From contig NC_086108.1 of NCBI RefSeq assembly GCF_963921235.1, positions 67,954,001 to 68,018,000 on the forward strand: DNA of 64,000 nt, read 5' to 3'. This DNA comes from Mobula hypostoma (taxonomy: Eukaryota). Both the position numbers and the translations under genes were made by a program. How positions within the stretch are numbered: the first letter of the stretch is position 1; each line of letters opens with the position of its first letter. The notes beneath the pieces were generated by a model. The model saw only the letters and a list, made by a program, of their open reading frames with translations. It searched no databases and was not told the DNA's origin. This document shows, in pieces, positions 1 through 12,362 of this stretch.

Positions 1-51
1 ATTGGGAAGCTTTTAAAAACTAACAGAAAGCAATTAAAAAGGTCATTCGAT

Positions 52-184
52 CACAAACAAGAGAAAATCTGCAGTTGCTGGAAATCCAAACAATACCCAC
101 AAAAAGCTGGAGGAATTCAGCAGGCCAGGCAGCATCTATGGAAAAGGGTGTAGTTAAGGTTTCGGGCCGAGACCCTTCAGCAGC
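52..184 (-). mobile_element. Penelope-like element (PLE) terminal-repeat fragment with degenerate hammerhead core
   Basis: Same module as 24150-24245 and 43891-43990 (CAGCAGGCCAGGCAGCATCT...TTTCGGGCCGAGACCCTTC). Minus strand reads CTGCTGA-AGGGTCTCGGCCC-GAAA, so the core is mutated. Confidence 0.75.
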
Positions 185-776
185 ATTCATTTCAAGAGGA
201 CTAGAATATAAGAACAAAGATGTAATACTGAAGCTTTATAATGCATTGGTCAGACCACACTTTGAATATTATGAGCAGTTTTGGCCCCTTCTCTCAGAAA
301 AGATGTGGAGGTCCAGAGGAGGTTTACGAGAATGATTTTGGGAATGAAAGGAGCTCTGGTCCTGTACTTGATGGAGTTTATAAGAATGAGGAAGGATCTC
401 ATTGAAACACATTGAATATTGAAAGGCTCTGATAAAGTGGATGCAGAAAGTATGTTTCCTATAGAGGGGGAGTCTCGGATCAGAGGGCACAATGTCAGAA
501 TAGAGGGACATCCATTTCGAATAGAGATGAGAAAGAATTACTTTAGCCAGAGGGTAGTAAATCTGTGGAATTCGTTCCCATAGATGGCTGTGGAGGCCAA
601 GTCATTGGGTATATTTCAAGCAGAAGTTGATAGGTTCTTGATTAGTCGAGGTATTAAAGGTTATGGGGAGAAGGCAAAAGAGGGGTTGAGAGGGATAATA
701 AATAAGCCATGATGGAATGATGGAGCAGGCTTAATAGGTCAAATGGCCTAAATCTGCATCTTTGTCTTATGGTCTA
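185..776 (+). mobile_element. CR1 LINE 3' fragment
   Basis: AFISRGLEYKNKDVILKLYNALVRPHFEY..QFW (CR1 ORF2 C-terminus), then the typical 3' region (TTTAGCCAGAGGGTAGTAAATCTGTGGAATTC) ending in TCTTATGGTCTA. Confidence 0.9.
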
Positions 777-874
777 AATCAGATGCATTACAGTATATGC
801 ACGCACATTCCCAAATTACATATTCATTAGGTGCATAATGCATCAACAGCGCAGTACTGAAAATCACTCGGACA

Positions 875-1012
875 CATAAACTCAAGAGATTCTGCAGATA
901 ATAGAAATCCTGAGCAACATACATAAAATAGGGGAGGAACTCAGCAAGTCAGGCAGCATCTAAGGAGGAAATAAAGAGTGAATATTTGGGCTGAGACCCT
1001 TCATCATGACAC
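875..1012 (-). mobile_element. PLE terminal-repeat fragment (decayed hammerhead)
   Basis: TTCTGCAGAT...GGAACTCAGCAAGTCAGGCAGCATCT...GGGCTGAGACCCTTCATCA, homologous to the other PLE ends. Confidence 0.7.
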
Positions 1013-1751
1013 TGAGTGTCTTACTACCAGTTACTAAATAACACACACATTTTAAAACATTTGTATTTGTATTCTCCAGTACCATTTTATGGCACTAAGT
1101 TTGACCTAATGCTGTCAAAAGCAGTGCAATCTTTACCAATTCTGAAGGCTCTAGAAATGATATTTAAACGGTCAGTGATACCACTATCCAGACTGCTGCA
1201 TACCGCTCTACAAACTCAGCTTAAGCTGCACACTGTTCTTACTGAAAGCTCATCTTTCTCAACATGATCAAACTCTTTGGTACAAATAAAATTGCCCTAT
1301 TCACCTTATTTCCAACCCTCCACTTCAAAGATGACATGTCAGAAACATTATCCAGAAACATACGTGGACAATGATGCATTTAAATGCTCAGCTCTCAACA
1401 CTTCATCTAGTCAGTCTTCACAAGGTGTGTTACCATCCTTGCAAAGCAATGTCCTTGCAGCCTATGCTGCTGGAAAGTAGTTCTCATTCATACCTTCAAC
1501 TTAATAAATTCTCAAATACAGTTTTATCCACATGTCTGCAGTTTGCACATGATTAAATTCAAGGTCATCCTCAATAACAACTTCCATGCCTGCACTCATT
1601 ACAACGTAGCTGCTCGCTGCTACATCAGGGAGATCATTGAAGTTCTTCAAGACAAAACTTGATCGACTTCATTGTCCCCATAGGAGCAGACAGAAAGACC
1701 AAGGGTATTTGTGTAGCCAGTCATAGATTACACTCTTGTAGCCAACATCAA

Positions 1752-1790
1752 TTACATTACTTACTTACATTACTTACATTACTTACATTA
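1752..1790. repeat. Short tandem repeat, ~9-bp unit TTACATTAC
   Basis: attacattacttacttacattacttacattacttacatta read directly. Confidence 0.85.
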
Positions 1791-3704
1791 GAACATATTC
1801 AGTAATTGAAAAGAATTACACTGTCTCAATTTGTACTTGGTGCTGAAGCAACTAAGGACCATTGCACAACATAGTTCTGCAAAAGCTGGTAGCTCACATT
1901 ATTCATCATTCTTGCTTAGCCAGGTGCAGCTGCTTCACTAAAAATTAGATCTCAGTGTCTACACCGCTCTGCCAATGCTCTCCAGTATTCAGCAGCAAGA
2001 TTGCCCGTCTTTTACAGGCCTGCTATCTGCTGCCAAATTTGACCATCAGATAATCTCAACCACTGTCTATCAACATCCAGCAAGGGAAGACTGCGCTGTG
2101 ATGAGATATTTGATCCTGAAAAGATTCATGATATCTAGTCCTCGCTGCACATTCATTCTTAAACACCCACAGGGTCACTTAAAACATTACATTATTACAG
2201 GGGTAGTCTGCAATTTTTACCGCGTAAACAGGTTGCAACAAATAAACATTGTCCATGTTTATTTAATGAATTAAATTGGATTCAAACTATTTGCATCATA
2301 AACAGCAAGCTGAAATTCCCAAATTAGTTATCAAATTGTTACAATGAAAACTAACTTGGAGATGGAAATTTAATTCAATAAGTTCAGCTGTCGTCCTTTT
2401 GAAGACTTACAAAAATATCCCAACTGCATCTGGATTTAATCCCACTGATGGCTCATGCAGGAAGTCCTTCTGAAAACCATTTACAAACAAGTCTCACCAC
2501 ATGGCTGAGATCAAGTTGACCAATAGATATATGATATCATAACAATAAAAATAGCAGAACTGCTTAGTAAGACATAAGACCACTTAATAATTTCCTCCTA
2601 AACCAACAGATTACTTCTGCACTTGCTTATGAAATACTCTCTAATGGTGACATTTGAAATTGCAGCTGGTCCTTTAAAATTAGAGCTCATTTGGCACATC
2701 AACCAGAACATTTACAGATCAAACAAATTTGACAACCACACTGAGATGTTACTGTTTCCATTAGACTTTTGTGAAAGAAACACTGGAACCTTTTTTCAAC
2801 TAGTTATCTGTCTCTACTTATCTGAGCTTCTTAAATATTGACTGTTGAACAATGGCCATACAGCAGTTCAAACAGCAAGGCGTGAAGCACAGAATGCCCT
2901 TCATGTGTTTGGCACCCCTAAGACCATAAGACATAGGAACAGAATTATGCCATTTAACCCATCAAATCTGCTCCACCATACATTCATGGCTGATCCTTTT
3001 TTCTCCTCCTCAACCTTATTCAAGATGGCTTCATATTTTCAAAGGCACCTCAGATCACTGGCAGCTGGCTCTCCTTTTGAGTATAAGCTCATCATGGTGT
3101 CTCTGTATCTATGTAGTTATTTCTGAGAAAACTGCCTCTTTGTTAGTCATCATTATAAGTCTTTGGATGACATTAAATCATCATACCATTAGGGAGTCAG
3201 ACAGCAGCAACCTGCCACTAGCATTGCTGATTGATCATTGATGCTTGACTCCACAGAATCAACTGGGTAGCTGCATATGGATGGATGACATGGCATTCTA
3301 AATTGTCCTTCTACTGCTTTATCCACTAATGGAAAGTATGAAGGTTACCTAAGGATATCCATAATACAAGAATGATGCTTGGTGCTCATGCATCTTGTGA
3401 TATATATGATGCAAGTTGCAGTTACTTACATTAGACTTCACCAGAGACAGTGCAATACTGGACCTCCTAATAAAGAATGGAATGGGGCAGGTGACTGAAG
3501 TGAGTGTAGAGGACCACTTTGGATCTAGAGATGTTAATTCCAGAAGTTCCAAGATAATTATGAAGAAAGATAGGTCTGGTCATCAGGTTTAAATAGCATC
3601 AACAGGAATCTGGAGGGCACAGATGGGGATAGGTTGTTTTGTTTCAAAGAGATGCTTGGTAAGTGGAAGGCCTTCAAAAGTATAAAATATTCAGAGTATT
3701 GAAT

Positions 3705-4083
3705 CTGTATGTTCACCTCTCTGCCCCTCTATTAGGGAGAGAGAAAGCCTATCATATGTCAAATTGTGAGGTGAATGATTAGTTTTGGTTGAACTGCAGA
3801 TCATGGTCTTTCTTGGGGGCTTTGCTATTGCTTGCTTAGAGGGTGGAGGGTGCCAATGCTTTTGGCCAATGTAAGTGGGGGAGGGGGAAGGGCCGATGCT
3901 TTGCTGCTGCTTGTACATGGGAGGGAGGAGTGGGGGGGGGCTCTGGGGTTCTAACAGTTTTACTGTCACATTATTTGGGGCACTCCAGTTTTCATGGATG
4001 TCTGCAAAGGACAAGAATTTCATGTTGTATGCTGGGTACATCTCTATATTAAATGGAACTATTGAAACTACTGAACTATTGAA
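3705..4083 (+). mobile_element. Non-autonomous retroelement 3' part (same family as 16889-19811 and 41367-41650)
   Basis: Shared TATTAGGGAGAGAGA..., GGGGTTCTAAC, GGGGCACTC, and a tail ending in repeated CTATTGAA. Confidence 0.75.
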
Positions 4084-5629
4084 TAAAAGGCAAAGCTCAC
4101 AGGTTTAAGTAACCTTTAGTATCAAAGATTATTGAAGCCCTGCTAAAGAAAAAGAAGGAAGCACATATCAGGTACTGGCAGTTATGATCAAATAAGGTAC
4201 TTGAGAAGTATGAGAAATGCAAGAGAACAATTAAGAGAGAAATCAAGAGGGCTAAAATAGGCAGCTGTGGCAGACAAGGTAAAAGAGAATCCCAAGGGAT
4301 TCTCTATCTATATTAAGAACTGAAGAATGGCAAGGAACAAAATTGGTCCTCTTAAAAATCTGCGTGGACGTCTATGAATGGAGCCAAAAGAGATGGGGGA
4401 GATCTTAAATGGAATTTTTGCATCTGTATTTACTCAGGAGACAGACACAGAAACTATAAACCTCTGTAACAACAAGGGCATGGACTGTATCCAGATTATA
4501 GAAGAGGAGGTACTTGCTGTCTTGAGGTGAATTATGGTGGATAAATTCCGAGGGCCTGACAAGGAGTTCTCTCAGACCTTGGAGGAGGCTAGTGTAGAAA
4601 TTGCTGAGATTTCTGGCAAAGATGTTTAAAATATCATTAATCACAGCTGAGGTGCAGGAGGACCAGAGGATACCCAATCTTGTTCTGTTGTTTAAGAAAG
4701 GTTCTAAGAATAAGATGAGAAATTATATGCCAGTGAACCTAATCTTGGATAAATTATGGGAAGGTATTCCAAGAGACCAGATATATTTGGATAGACAGGC
4801 CCTGATTAGGGATAGTCAACATGGCTTTAAGCATAGCGGGTCACATCCACCAGATCTTTTTCAAGGTTTTTCGAGGAAGTTACAAAAAAGGTTGATGAAG
4901 GAAAGGTGGTGGACGCTGTCTACATGGATTTTAGCAATGTCTTTGTCTAAGTCCCATATGGGAGGCTGTTCCAGAAAGTTGTGTTGCTTGACATTCAGGA
5001 TAAAGTAGTCAAATAGATTCAACATTGTCATAGCAGGAGAAGCCAAAGAGTGGTATTAGATGATTGTCTCTCTGACTCGAGACCAGTGACTAGAGATGTG
5101 TAGCAGGTATCGCTGCTAGATCCATTGTTGTTTATTATCTATATTAATAATTTATATTATAATGTGGTACAATGAATCAGCAAATTTGCCAATGACATCA
5201 AGTTTGGGGACATACCAGACAAGAAGGAAGGCTGTGAAAGCTTGCAAAGGAATCTGGACCAGCTTGGAAAATGGGCTAAGAAATGACAGATGAAATTTAA
5301 TGTGTAGAAATGTAAGCTTTTCACTTTGGGAGGACAATCCAGAGGAAGACTTATACAGTGAATGGTAAGGTATTAATGTGTGCAGTACAACAAAGGGATC
5401 TGAAAATACAAATACATAATTCGTTGAACGAGACAGCACAGATAGATAATGTTGTAAAGAGAGCTTTTGGCACATGAACCCTTACATGGTTGGGGCTGTG
5501 GATTTCAACTGTAGTAGTCCTAAATGGGAATATTTGATGATTCCCTTTGAAACTGTATGCAAAGAGTTGCTGCTTTCAGGCACCATCTTGGCGGAAGCAT
5601 CATGGAGAGCATTCTAATTGTCAGATACG

Positions 5630-5960
5630 GAGGGGCCACTGCATAGGATCAAAACAAGCTGCAGAAAGGTTCAAACTCAGCCAGCTATATCACAGGTACT
5701 AGTCCAGGATTGAGGACGTCTTCAAATGGCAATTTCTCAAAAAGATGGCATCCATCTTTAAGGACCCCCATCACCCAGAACATGCCTTCTTCTCAATGCT
5801 ATCATCAAAAAGGAGTACAGGAGCCTCAAGACACACACTCAACATTTTAGGAATAGTTTCTTCCCCTCTGCCATCATACTTCTGAATGGACAATGAACAG
5901 TACCTCACTATTTTTTCTTTATTTTGCCCTCTTTTTGCACTACTCATTTAATTTAATCTT

Positions 5961-6033
<73 letters not shown>

Positions 6034-6143
6034 TTCTTATTGTAAGTTATAGCTTTTTTAAAATTATGCATTGCACTGTACTGCTGCCGCAAAACAACAA
6101 TTCCACAACATATGCCAGTGATGTTAAACCTGATTCTGAATCT
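5630..6143 (+). mobile_element. Rex1/Babar-type LINE 3' fragment containing a (TG)n tract
   Basis: ASIFKDPHHPEHAFFSMLSSKRS...NSFFP-type C-terminus, and a tail ending AAACCTGATTCTGAATCT. Confidence 0.7.
5971..6027. repeat. (TG)n microsatellite flanked by (TA)n
   Basis: Direct reading. Confidence 0.98.
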
Positions 6144-6589
6144 CATTCATTGGCCTTCATAAATCAGGCATCCAGTACAGGAGTTGGGATGTTATGTTGA
6201 AGTTGTTTAAAACATTGGTAAAGCCAAATTTCAAGTATTTTGTGCAGTTCCGGCCACCTAGTTATAGGAAAGCATAAACAGAGTTCAGGGGAAACTGTAA
6301 GTGGATGCTACCAGGACACGAGGACATGATGGACAGAGATAGCTTAGATAGGCAAGGAATTTATTCCCTGGAATGCAGGACATTGAGGGGTGATCTTACA
6401 GAGGTATACAGAATTATGAGGGATATAGATAGGATGAATAAATGCAGGCTTTCTCCCCCTCAGGCTTGGTGAGACTAGAACTACAGGTCATATTTAACAG
6501 GAATCTGAGGGGGATCTTCTTCATTTGGAAATTGGAGGCAACTTCATGAAGTCCTACAGCCTTCGATAACCCTGTTACTTCAATTTCTG

Positions 6590-7305
6590 AGGCCAAAATG
6601 ACAGCATCCTGCAGGAGTGTGCCGAGCTCAGAGGGGATACCTAGCCAAGTACTAATGACCTATGCTGATCAACTGGCTGGAATATTCACTGAAATCATTA
6701 ACCTCTTGTTTTGGCAGTCTGAGGTACCAATCTGCTTCAAGCAGATTTCAATCATACTGGTGCCTAAGAAGAACATGGTAACCTGTCTCAGTGACTGTCC
6801 TCTAGTAGCACTAACATCTACTGTGATGAAGTGCTTTGAGAGGTTGGTGATGAAACAAATCAACTCCTGCCCGAGAAGCCACTTGGATCCACTCCAGTTT
6901 GCCTACCATCACAGCAGGTCAACAGCAGATGCCATATCATTGATTCTTCACTGAATGCTAGAACATCTGAGCAGTGAAGATGCAAACATCAGATTATTCT
7001 TCATTGTACACACCTTGCCATTCAATACTATCACCCCCTCAAAACTAATCAATAAGCTCTAAGACCCAGGACTCAATACCTCCTGGTGCAACTGGATCAT
7101 TGATTTCCTCACCTCCAGACCCCAGTTGGTTCAGACTGTCCAAAGCACCTCCTCTACAATCACCATCAGCGCAGGTGCTTTGCTCTCTGCTCTACTTGCT
7201 TTATACTTATAATTGTGAGGCTAAGCCCAACCCCAATCCCATGCTTTAGTTTGTTGATAATACTACAATCTTTGTTGAATCAAAGGTGGTGATGAATCAA
7301 CATAG
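6590..7305 (+). mobile_element. Rex1/Babar-type LINE reverse transcriptase fragment
   Basis: ORF 6598-6954: ADQLAGIFTEIINL..VPICFK..IILVPKK..VALTSTVMKCFERLV..LDPLQFAY, typical non-LTR RT of the Rex1/Babar-L2 group. Confidence 0.85.
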
Positions 7306-7307
7306 AG

Positions 7308-8755
7308 AAGATAAGACCATAAGATAGATGAGCAGAACTAAGCCATTTTACCCATTGAGTCTGCTTTGCCATTGCATCATGAAATGATCCATTTTACCTT
7401 TCAGCCCCAAAATCCTGTTTTTTCCCTGTATCCCTTCATGCCCTGACCTATCAAGAATCTATCAATCTCTGCCTTAAATATACCTAAGTACCTAGCCTCC
7501 ACTGCTGCCTGTGGCAAAGAATTCCACAGAGTCACCACTTTCTAGCTAAAGAAATTCCTCTTCATCTTCATTCTAAAAGGACACCCCTCTACTCTGAGGC
7601 TGTGTCTTCTGGTCCTAGACTCTCCTATCATAGAAAACATTCTAGCACATATACTCTATTGAGGCCATTCACCATTCAATAGGTTTCAATTAGGTCACCC
7701 CCTCTTCTTCTGAATTCTAGTGAATACACGCCCAGAGCCATCAAACTTTCTTCCTATGACATGCCGTCCAATCCTGGAGTCACTTTCCTGAGCCTCCTTT
7801 GAACCCTCTTCAGTGTCAGCACTTCCTCTCTAAGATAGGTGTCCCAAAACTGCTCACAATATTCCCAGTGAGGCTTCACCAGTGCTTTATGAAGTCTCAT
7901 CATTACATCCTTGCTTCTATATTCTAGTCCTCTTGAAATGAACGCCCACATCGCACGTGCCCATGTGCCCTCCTCACCACTGAATCAACCTGCAAATTAA
8001 CCTTCAGGGAAATCTGCACAAGAATGCCTAAGTCCTTTTGTGCCTCAGAATTTCTTTAATTTTCTCGCCATTCAGAAAATAGTCTGCCCTTTTATTTCTG
8101 CTACCAAAGTGCATGATCATACTCTTTCCAACATTGTATTCCATCTGCCATTTCTTTGCCCATTCTCCTAATCTGTCTAGGTCCTTCTATAGCCTCTCTA
8201 ATTCTTGAAAACTACCTGCCCCTCCACCAATCTTCGTATTGTTTGCAGACTTTGGAACAAAGCCATCAATTCCACTATCCAAATCACTGACATATAACAT
8301 AAAAAGAATCAGTACCAACATAGACCCCTGTGGAACACTATGTCATCAGCAGCCAACCAGAAAAGGCTCCCTTTATTCCCACTCTTTGTCTCCTGCCAAT
8401 CAGCCACTGCTTTATCCATGTTAGTATCTTTCCTGTAATACCATGGTCTCATAGCTTGTTAAGCAGCCTTATGTGTGGCACCTTGTCAAACACCTTCTGA
8501 AAAGCCATGTACACAACATCAACCAATTCTCCTTTGTCTATCCTGCTTATTTTATCAAAGGTTTCCAACAGATTTGTCAGGCAAGATTTTCCCTTGAGGC
8601 AACCGTGCTGACTACAGCCTATTTTATCACGTGGCTCCAGATCCATTTCAGAATCTAGTGATTCTTGAAAGATCACAATTTCTTCAGCCACCCTTCAAAA
8701 GCCTGGGTTTATACCATCTGGTCCAGGTGACGTATCTACCTTCAGACCTTTCAGT
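7308..8755 (-). mobile_element. CR1 LINE, RT plus 3' end
   Basis: SQHGCLKGKSCLTNLLE..VDVVYMAFQKVFDKVPH (8449-8691) and AFISRGLEYRSKDVMMRLHKALVKPH (7754-7951); tail at ~7310. Confidence 0.92.
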
Positions 8756-9204
8756 GGTCTTCCCGTTAGGAAGTCAAGGATCCAATTGCAGAGGAAGGTA
8801 CTGACTAACTGCTGCATCATCATGACACCCTCTTGATATGTGTATTGCTGTCAGTTTTTCAGCTGGTTAATTTCATGTCCTCTGAATGTATGAGAGAGAA
8901 TGGTTGTATGGTGAATGGCTGTAGGTGCAGATCCTGCAGTTAAAGACATTTGTACCAACAGATATGCTAAGGTGCAATATAATAATGCTTCATGGATTTC
9001 TGTCAGCCTCCATTCTGGTGCCCGAGACTATCCTGCCCCAGCACCCATCAGTAACCAACCCAGTAACCTGGCCCAGTCTCACTCTTCCAGAGACATCAGC
9101 CTGCTCTCCAAAATTGGCTCCCACCCAGTCTCAAGTACCATCTGCCTACTCCTGAGCATCATCAGATGCAATCAATGGCAATTCTGAAAGCCTACTGAGT
9201 ACCC

Positions 9205-9348
9205 ATAAAATTGTGATTTTTTTTTTTGCTCGTTGGATGTTTGATTTTTCTTTTGAACGGGTTTCTTTGTTTTGTGGCTGCCTGTGGAAGGAAGAATTTC
9301 AGAGTTGTATTCTGTATACATACTTTGACAATAAACGTGCTTTGAATC
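9205..9348 (+). mobile_element. LINE-derived 3' tail fragment (Rex/Babar-type)
   Basis: GGCTGCCTGTGGAAGGAAGAATTTCAGAGTTGTAT...TACTTTGACAATAAA, the same tail as 34580-34660 and 23680-23750 (minus). Confidence 0.65.
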
Positions 9349-9572
9349 AAACTCCCCGGAAACCTGCTAACATCAGGAGGGTTTAGCATATCCTCTTGAA
9401 CAAGGGGCATATCTCCTGCAGTTAATACTGCCATTCCACCTATCTTTCCAAGGTGGGAGCATACAATCTGCTCTGAGAAATCTGTGGTACAGCCAGCTGT
9501 GAGTAAGCAGCTTTCTCTAGACAATGGAAGAGTGCCAATGACATTGGGCATATGTGCCTTTAAACAGATGAT

Positions 9573-9670
9573 TTTCTCTCTCTTTCTTTCTCTCCATCTC
9601 TCTCTCTCCATCTCTCTTTCTCCATCTCTCTCTCTCCATCTCACTCTATCTCTATCTCTCTCTATCTCTC
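9573..9670. repeat. Imperfect (CT)n/CTCCAT/CTAT microsatellite
   Basis: Direct reading. Confidence 0.95.
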
Positions 9671-9877
9671 ATAAAAAAAGGGAAAAAATCAAGCTCGATA
9701 GCTGTATGTTGTAGCTTCAAGTAGAACTTCAAATACAGTTCTGCCGTAATATAAATGACGTGAAATAGGAATTAATGCTCTTCTTTATAATTTATTTTTA
9801 TATGTTCATCATAATCTATTTATAATGAAGGTACCCTTAATCAGCAATCAATTTGAGAGGTGTAAAAGACAACTTAC

Positions 9878-9966
9878 CTTGACATACAAATGATGCAGAT
9901 ATTCCCCAGGGTGATCATGGACTCTGATGAAAATGACCTTTTGCTCTGCTCCTGGACAGAGATTCA
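9878..9966 (-). CDS. AGBL4: Internal exon of cytosolic carboxypeptidase 6 (zinc-ligand HPGE exon); frameshifted as assembled
   Basis: Minus strand: tttatttccttttctccccag|TG AAT CTC TGT CCA GGA GCA GAG CAA AAG GTC ATT TTC ATC AGA GTC CAT GAT CAC CCT GGG GAA TA TCT GCA TCA TTT GTA TGT CAA G|gtaagt = NLCPGAEQKVIFIRVHDHPGE(x)SASFVCQ-G. Compare recalled human AGBL4 NLREGAEQKVVFITGRVHPGETPSSFVCQ-G. Canonical acceptor and donor. Confidence 0.88.
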
Positions 9967-10689
9967 CTGGGGAGAAAAGGAAATAAACAAGAGTCAGAGT
10001 TAGGCATATTGCAAAGCACTCCTGTCTGATGCTCTATTTCGTATTCTCAGTTTGTTAGATACCAAATCATTTCAGCTCATTACACAACAGTAGATGCTTT
10101 AGCCTAGTTAAAACAGTACTGCTGAAAATTAAGTAAGAGTCTTGGAATAAAACAATTTATGCAAACTTTCTTCGAGCTTTGTCTCTTTTGAATGAACATT
10201 GATCAGCAAGATGTTTGAAATTGTGTTAGTGATGAACAAATCAAGTGTTTGCATTTTATCTTGATGGAATTTTTTCACAGCTGGCAAAAGAAATTCTGCA
10301 GTAAATTTAAGATTATTTAAGTATACTTAGTTTAATTTTATCCATTCTGACAAACCTTATTTTTAGTGAGATTCACAATTGCAGCAGTTTTCTTGTCTTT
10401 TATTCTTGCTGGCAAAACAAATAAGAAACATTTCCCTAATAAAAATTATGTTTATGTTTATGTTTTTTTACGATCACAAGATAATGCTAGATACTAAGAA
10501 TATCAACTAAAGCAGGTCTACCCATCAGTAAGTTGCTTGATAGCAATGAAGCTGCGTATCGTGCAGTCATCTGGGCTTCTTGTGTACAGTCATTGTGCTG
10601 AAGCCATGCACAGTCCAACAATCGGTGCAAGTGATAGTCATGGATAGCTGGACCAGAACAACATCCCATGTACTATCAATCTATAGACC

Positions 10690-10870
10690 ATGCCACTCTG
10701 AGACTTGGGATATATTGTTTTTGAGACTGTATGTTTTCCTGCTGACATAACTATATGTGCTATGTGCTTCTACTGTTGAAACTGTGTTTTGCACTTTGAC
10801 CCAGAGGAACGCTGTTTCACTTGACTGTATTCTTGCTGAATGAAAACTAAACTTCAACTTCAACTTGAAC
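10690..10870 (+). mobile_element. LINE 3' tail fragment ending in (AACTTC)n
   Basis: TGTGTTTTGCACTTTGACCCAGAGGAACGCTGTTTC, shared with 15575-15610; tail AAACTTCAACTTCAACTTGAAC. Confidence 0.6.
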
Positions 10871-10877
10871 ATAAACA

Positions 10878-11050
10878 AAAACTGCTGATGCTGTCAAACT
10901 AAAACAAAAAATGTTGGAAACAGCAGTGTGGCAGTATCTGTGGAAAGAGGAACAGAGGTAACATTTTAGATCAAAGTACATTTGTCAGAACGAAAAAGAA
11001 AGGAAAAGCTTATTTTTCCAGTTGGAGAGAAGGAAATGGATGTATAGGAT
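10878..11050 (-). mobile_element. Old PLE terminal fragment
   Basis: ACTGCTGATGCTG...GGCAGTATCTGTGGAAAGAGGAACAGAGGTAACATTT...TTTGTCAGAAC, a diverged form of the PLE/hammerhead module. Confidence 0.55.
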
Positions 11051-12284
11051 AAAGGGAGGATGACCTTTGACTGTCATCATCCTCTGCCTTCTGTGCGCAA
11101 GACAATTCCAAATCCACACAGCCAAATTCCCATGGGTACTATACCTCATGATTCAATATGACAAAACAGAACCAGTTAATATGTCTTTTAATAATCAAAG
11201 AATTAATCACTGATATCACACTGATCACTGATCCAAAGTTCCAGTGAAAGTTTGAGAATCAGCTTATACAATGTTGTGATTCAATCGTCAACCTCTCAAT
11301 ATACATTCCTTTCAAGTACAACTTTCAAATCATTTTGTATAGAAAATTGAAATAAAGCTCATTCAGTTATTAACTACCCATCCATAAACATCGGTGGAAT
11401 AACATTCAGAAAAATTTGATCTCATTGGATATATTATTAATCAAATGACAAACAAGAAGGATCAGTTGGTCAGCAGGCAGGGTGCCACAACATATCTCAT
11501 AGACACCTCACGGGGAAAGCCACACAACAGGAAAAAGGGGAAGTCTTTTAATTAAACTAATCTGACATTTAGTATGAACATTTCAGGCTGTGATGTGCAA
11601 ATGAAGTGATATAGTAGGCTAGTTGTCTTCACCTGTGATTCTCTTGGCCAGGACATGAGATAAACATAATTACTGTTTGGACATTTATTCACAGGAAAAA
11701 GGAAATATTGCTATTCTCCTCACTTTAGTGTAGAAGGATTTCAGCATTGGCTGTGACTGGGAAACAATTCAACTACCCATACTTTTGGTTGACGATTGGG
11801 CCATCTGGGTGAAATGCCCATAAATGGAAATACTTAAGGCAGCTTGGCTTAGCTCACAGGGAGGGAACAGCAGCTTATAATAAAAGAGTTGATGTTAGCA
11901 TTTTTCATAAAGTTGACACTTGTCAACCTTTTTAACTACTCATTGTTAATATTATATCTATTAACTGCTTTTCAAGGACACTCACCAGATGTGCATTGAA
12001 TAAATCTGATATGCTTTTAAAGCTGCACATAGTAACAGATGAATATGTAATAACTAAACATAGATTTGTTTGATACATATTTCTAAAGCTTGTATTTATT
12101 GCTAGAATTATAAATACTTAAATTATTACTTAATTACACAAAAATTGTACATTCAACATATATCATCAGTATTGCCGGACAGGTGACCACTGCAGTAAAA
12201 CACTATTGGCCAAGACTAACGTATACTCTATTTAGTAATCTATAACATAACATACTGAACGAAGGAAAATAAAGCAAAACAGTA

Positions 12285-12362
12285 AATTCTGATGAAGAGT
12301 ATTTGACTTGAAAAATACACTGTTTCTTTTGCTACAGCTGCTGACTGGTCTGCTAAGTGTTC
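12285..12362 (+). mobile_element. Old PLE terminal fragment retaining CTGATGA...GAAA
   Basis: TTCTGATGA-AGAGTATTTGACTT-GAAA followed by CTGTTTCTTTT..CAGCTGCTGACTGGTCTGCTAAGT, the reverse complement of the PLE module. Confidence 0.5.

Larger units (their letters stand above)
3425..6520 (+). mobile_element. Long decayed CR1 ORF2 (endonuclease end to RT to C-terminus), interrupted by younger insertions
   Basis: Pieces such as LFKKGSKNKMRNYMPVNL, LIRDSQHGF and VDAVYMDFS run colinearly with the cleaner CR1 at 60592-62869. Interrupted at ~3700-4083 and ~5476-6146. Confidence 0.85.

Noticed and set aside
5940..6200. ORFs with HTHTHT / CVCVCV
   Set aside because: Translations of the (TG)n microsatellite.
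9360..9415. Minus-strand LVQEDMLNPPDV resembling the next AGBL4 exon motif (PMLNPDGV)
   Set aside because: Only MLNP matches; no flanking GIIDFL or GNYR and no suitable splice sites. Treated as chance.
9192..9714. ORFs with RWRERD / SLSLS repeats
   Set aside because: Translations of the CT microsatellite.
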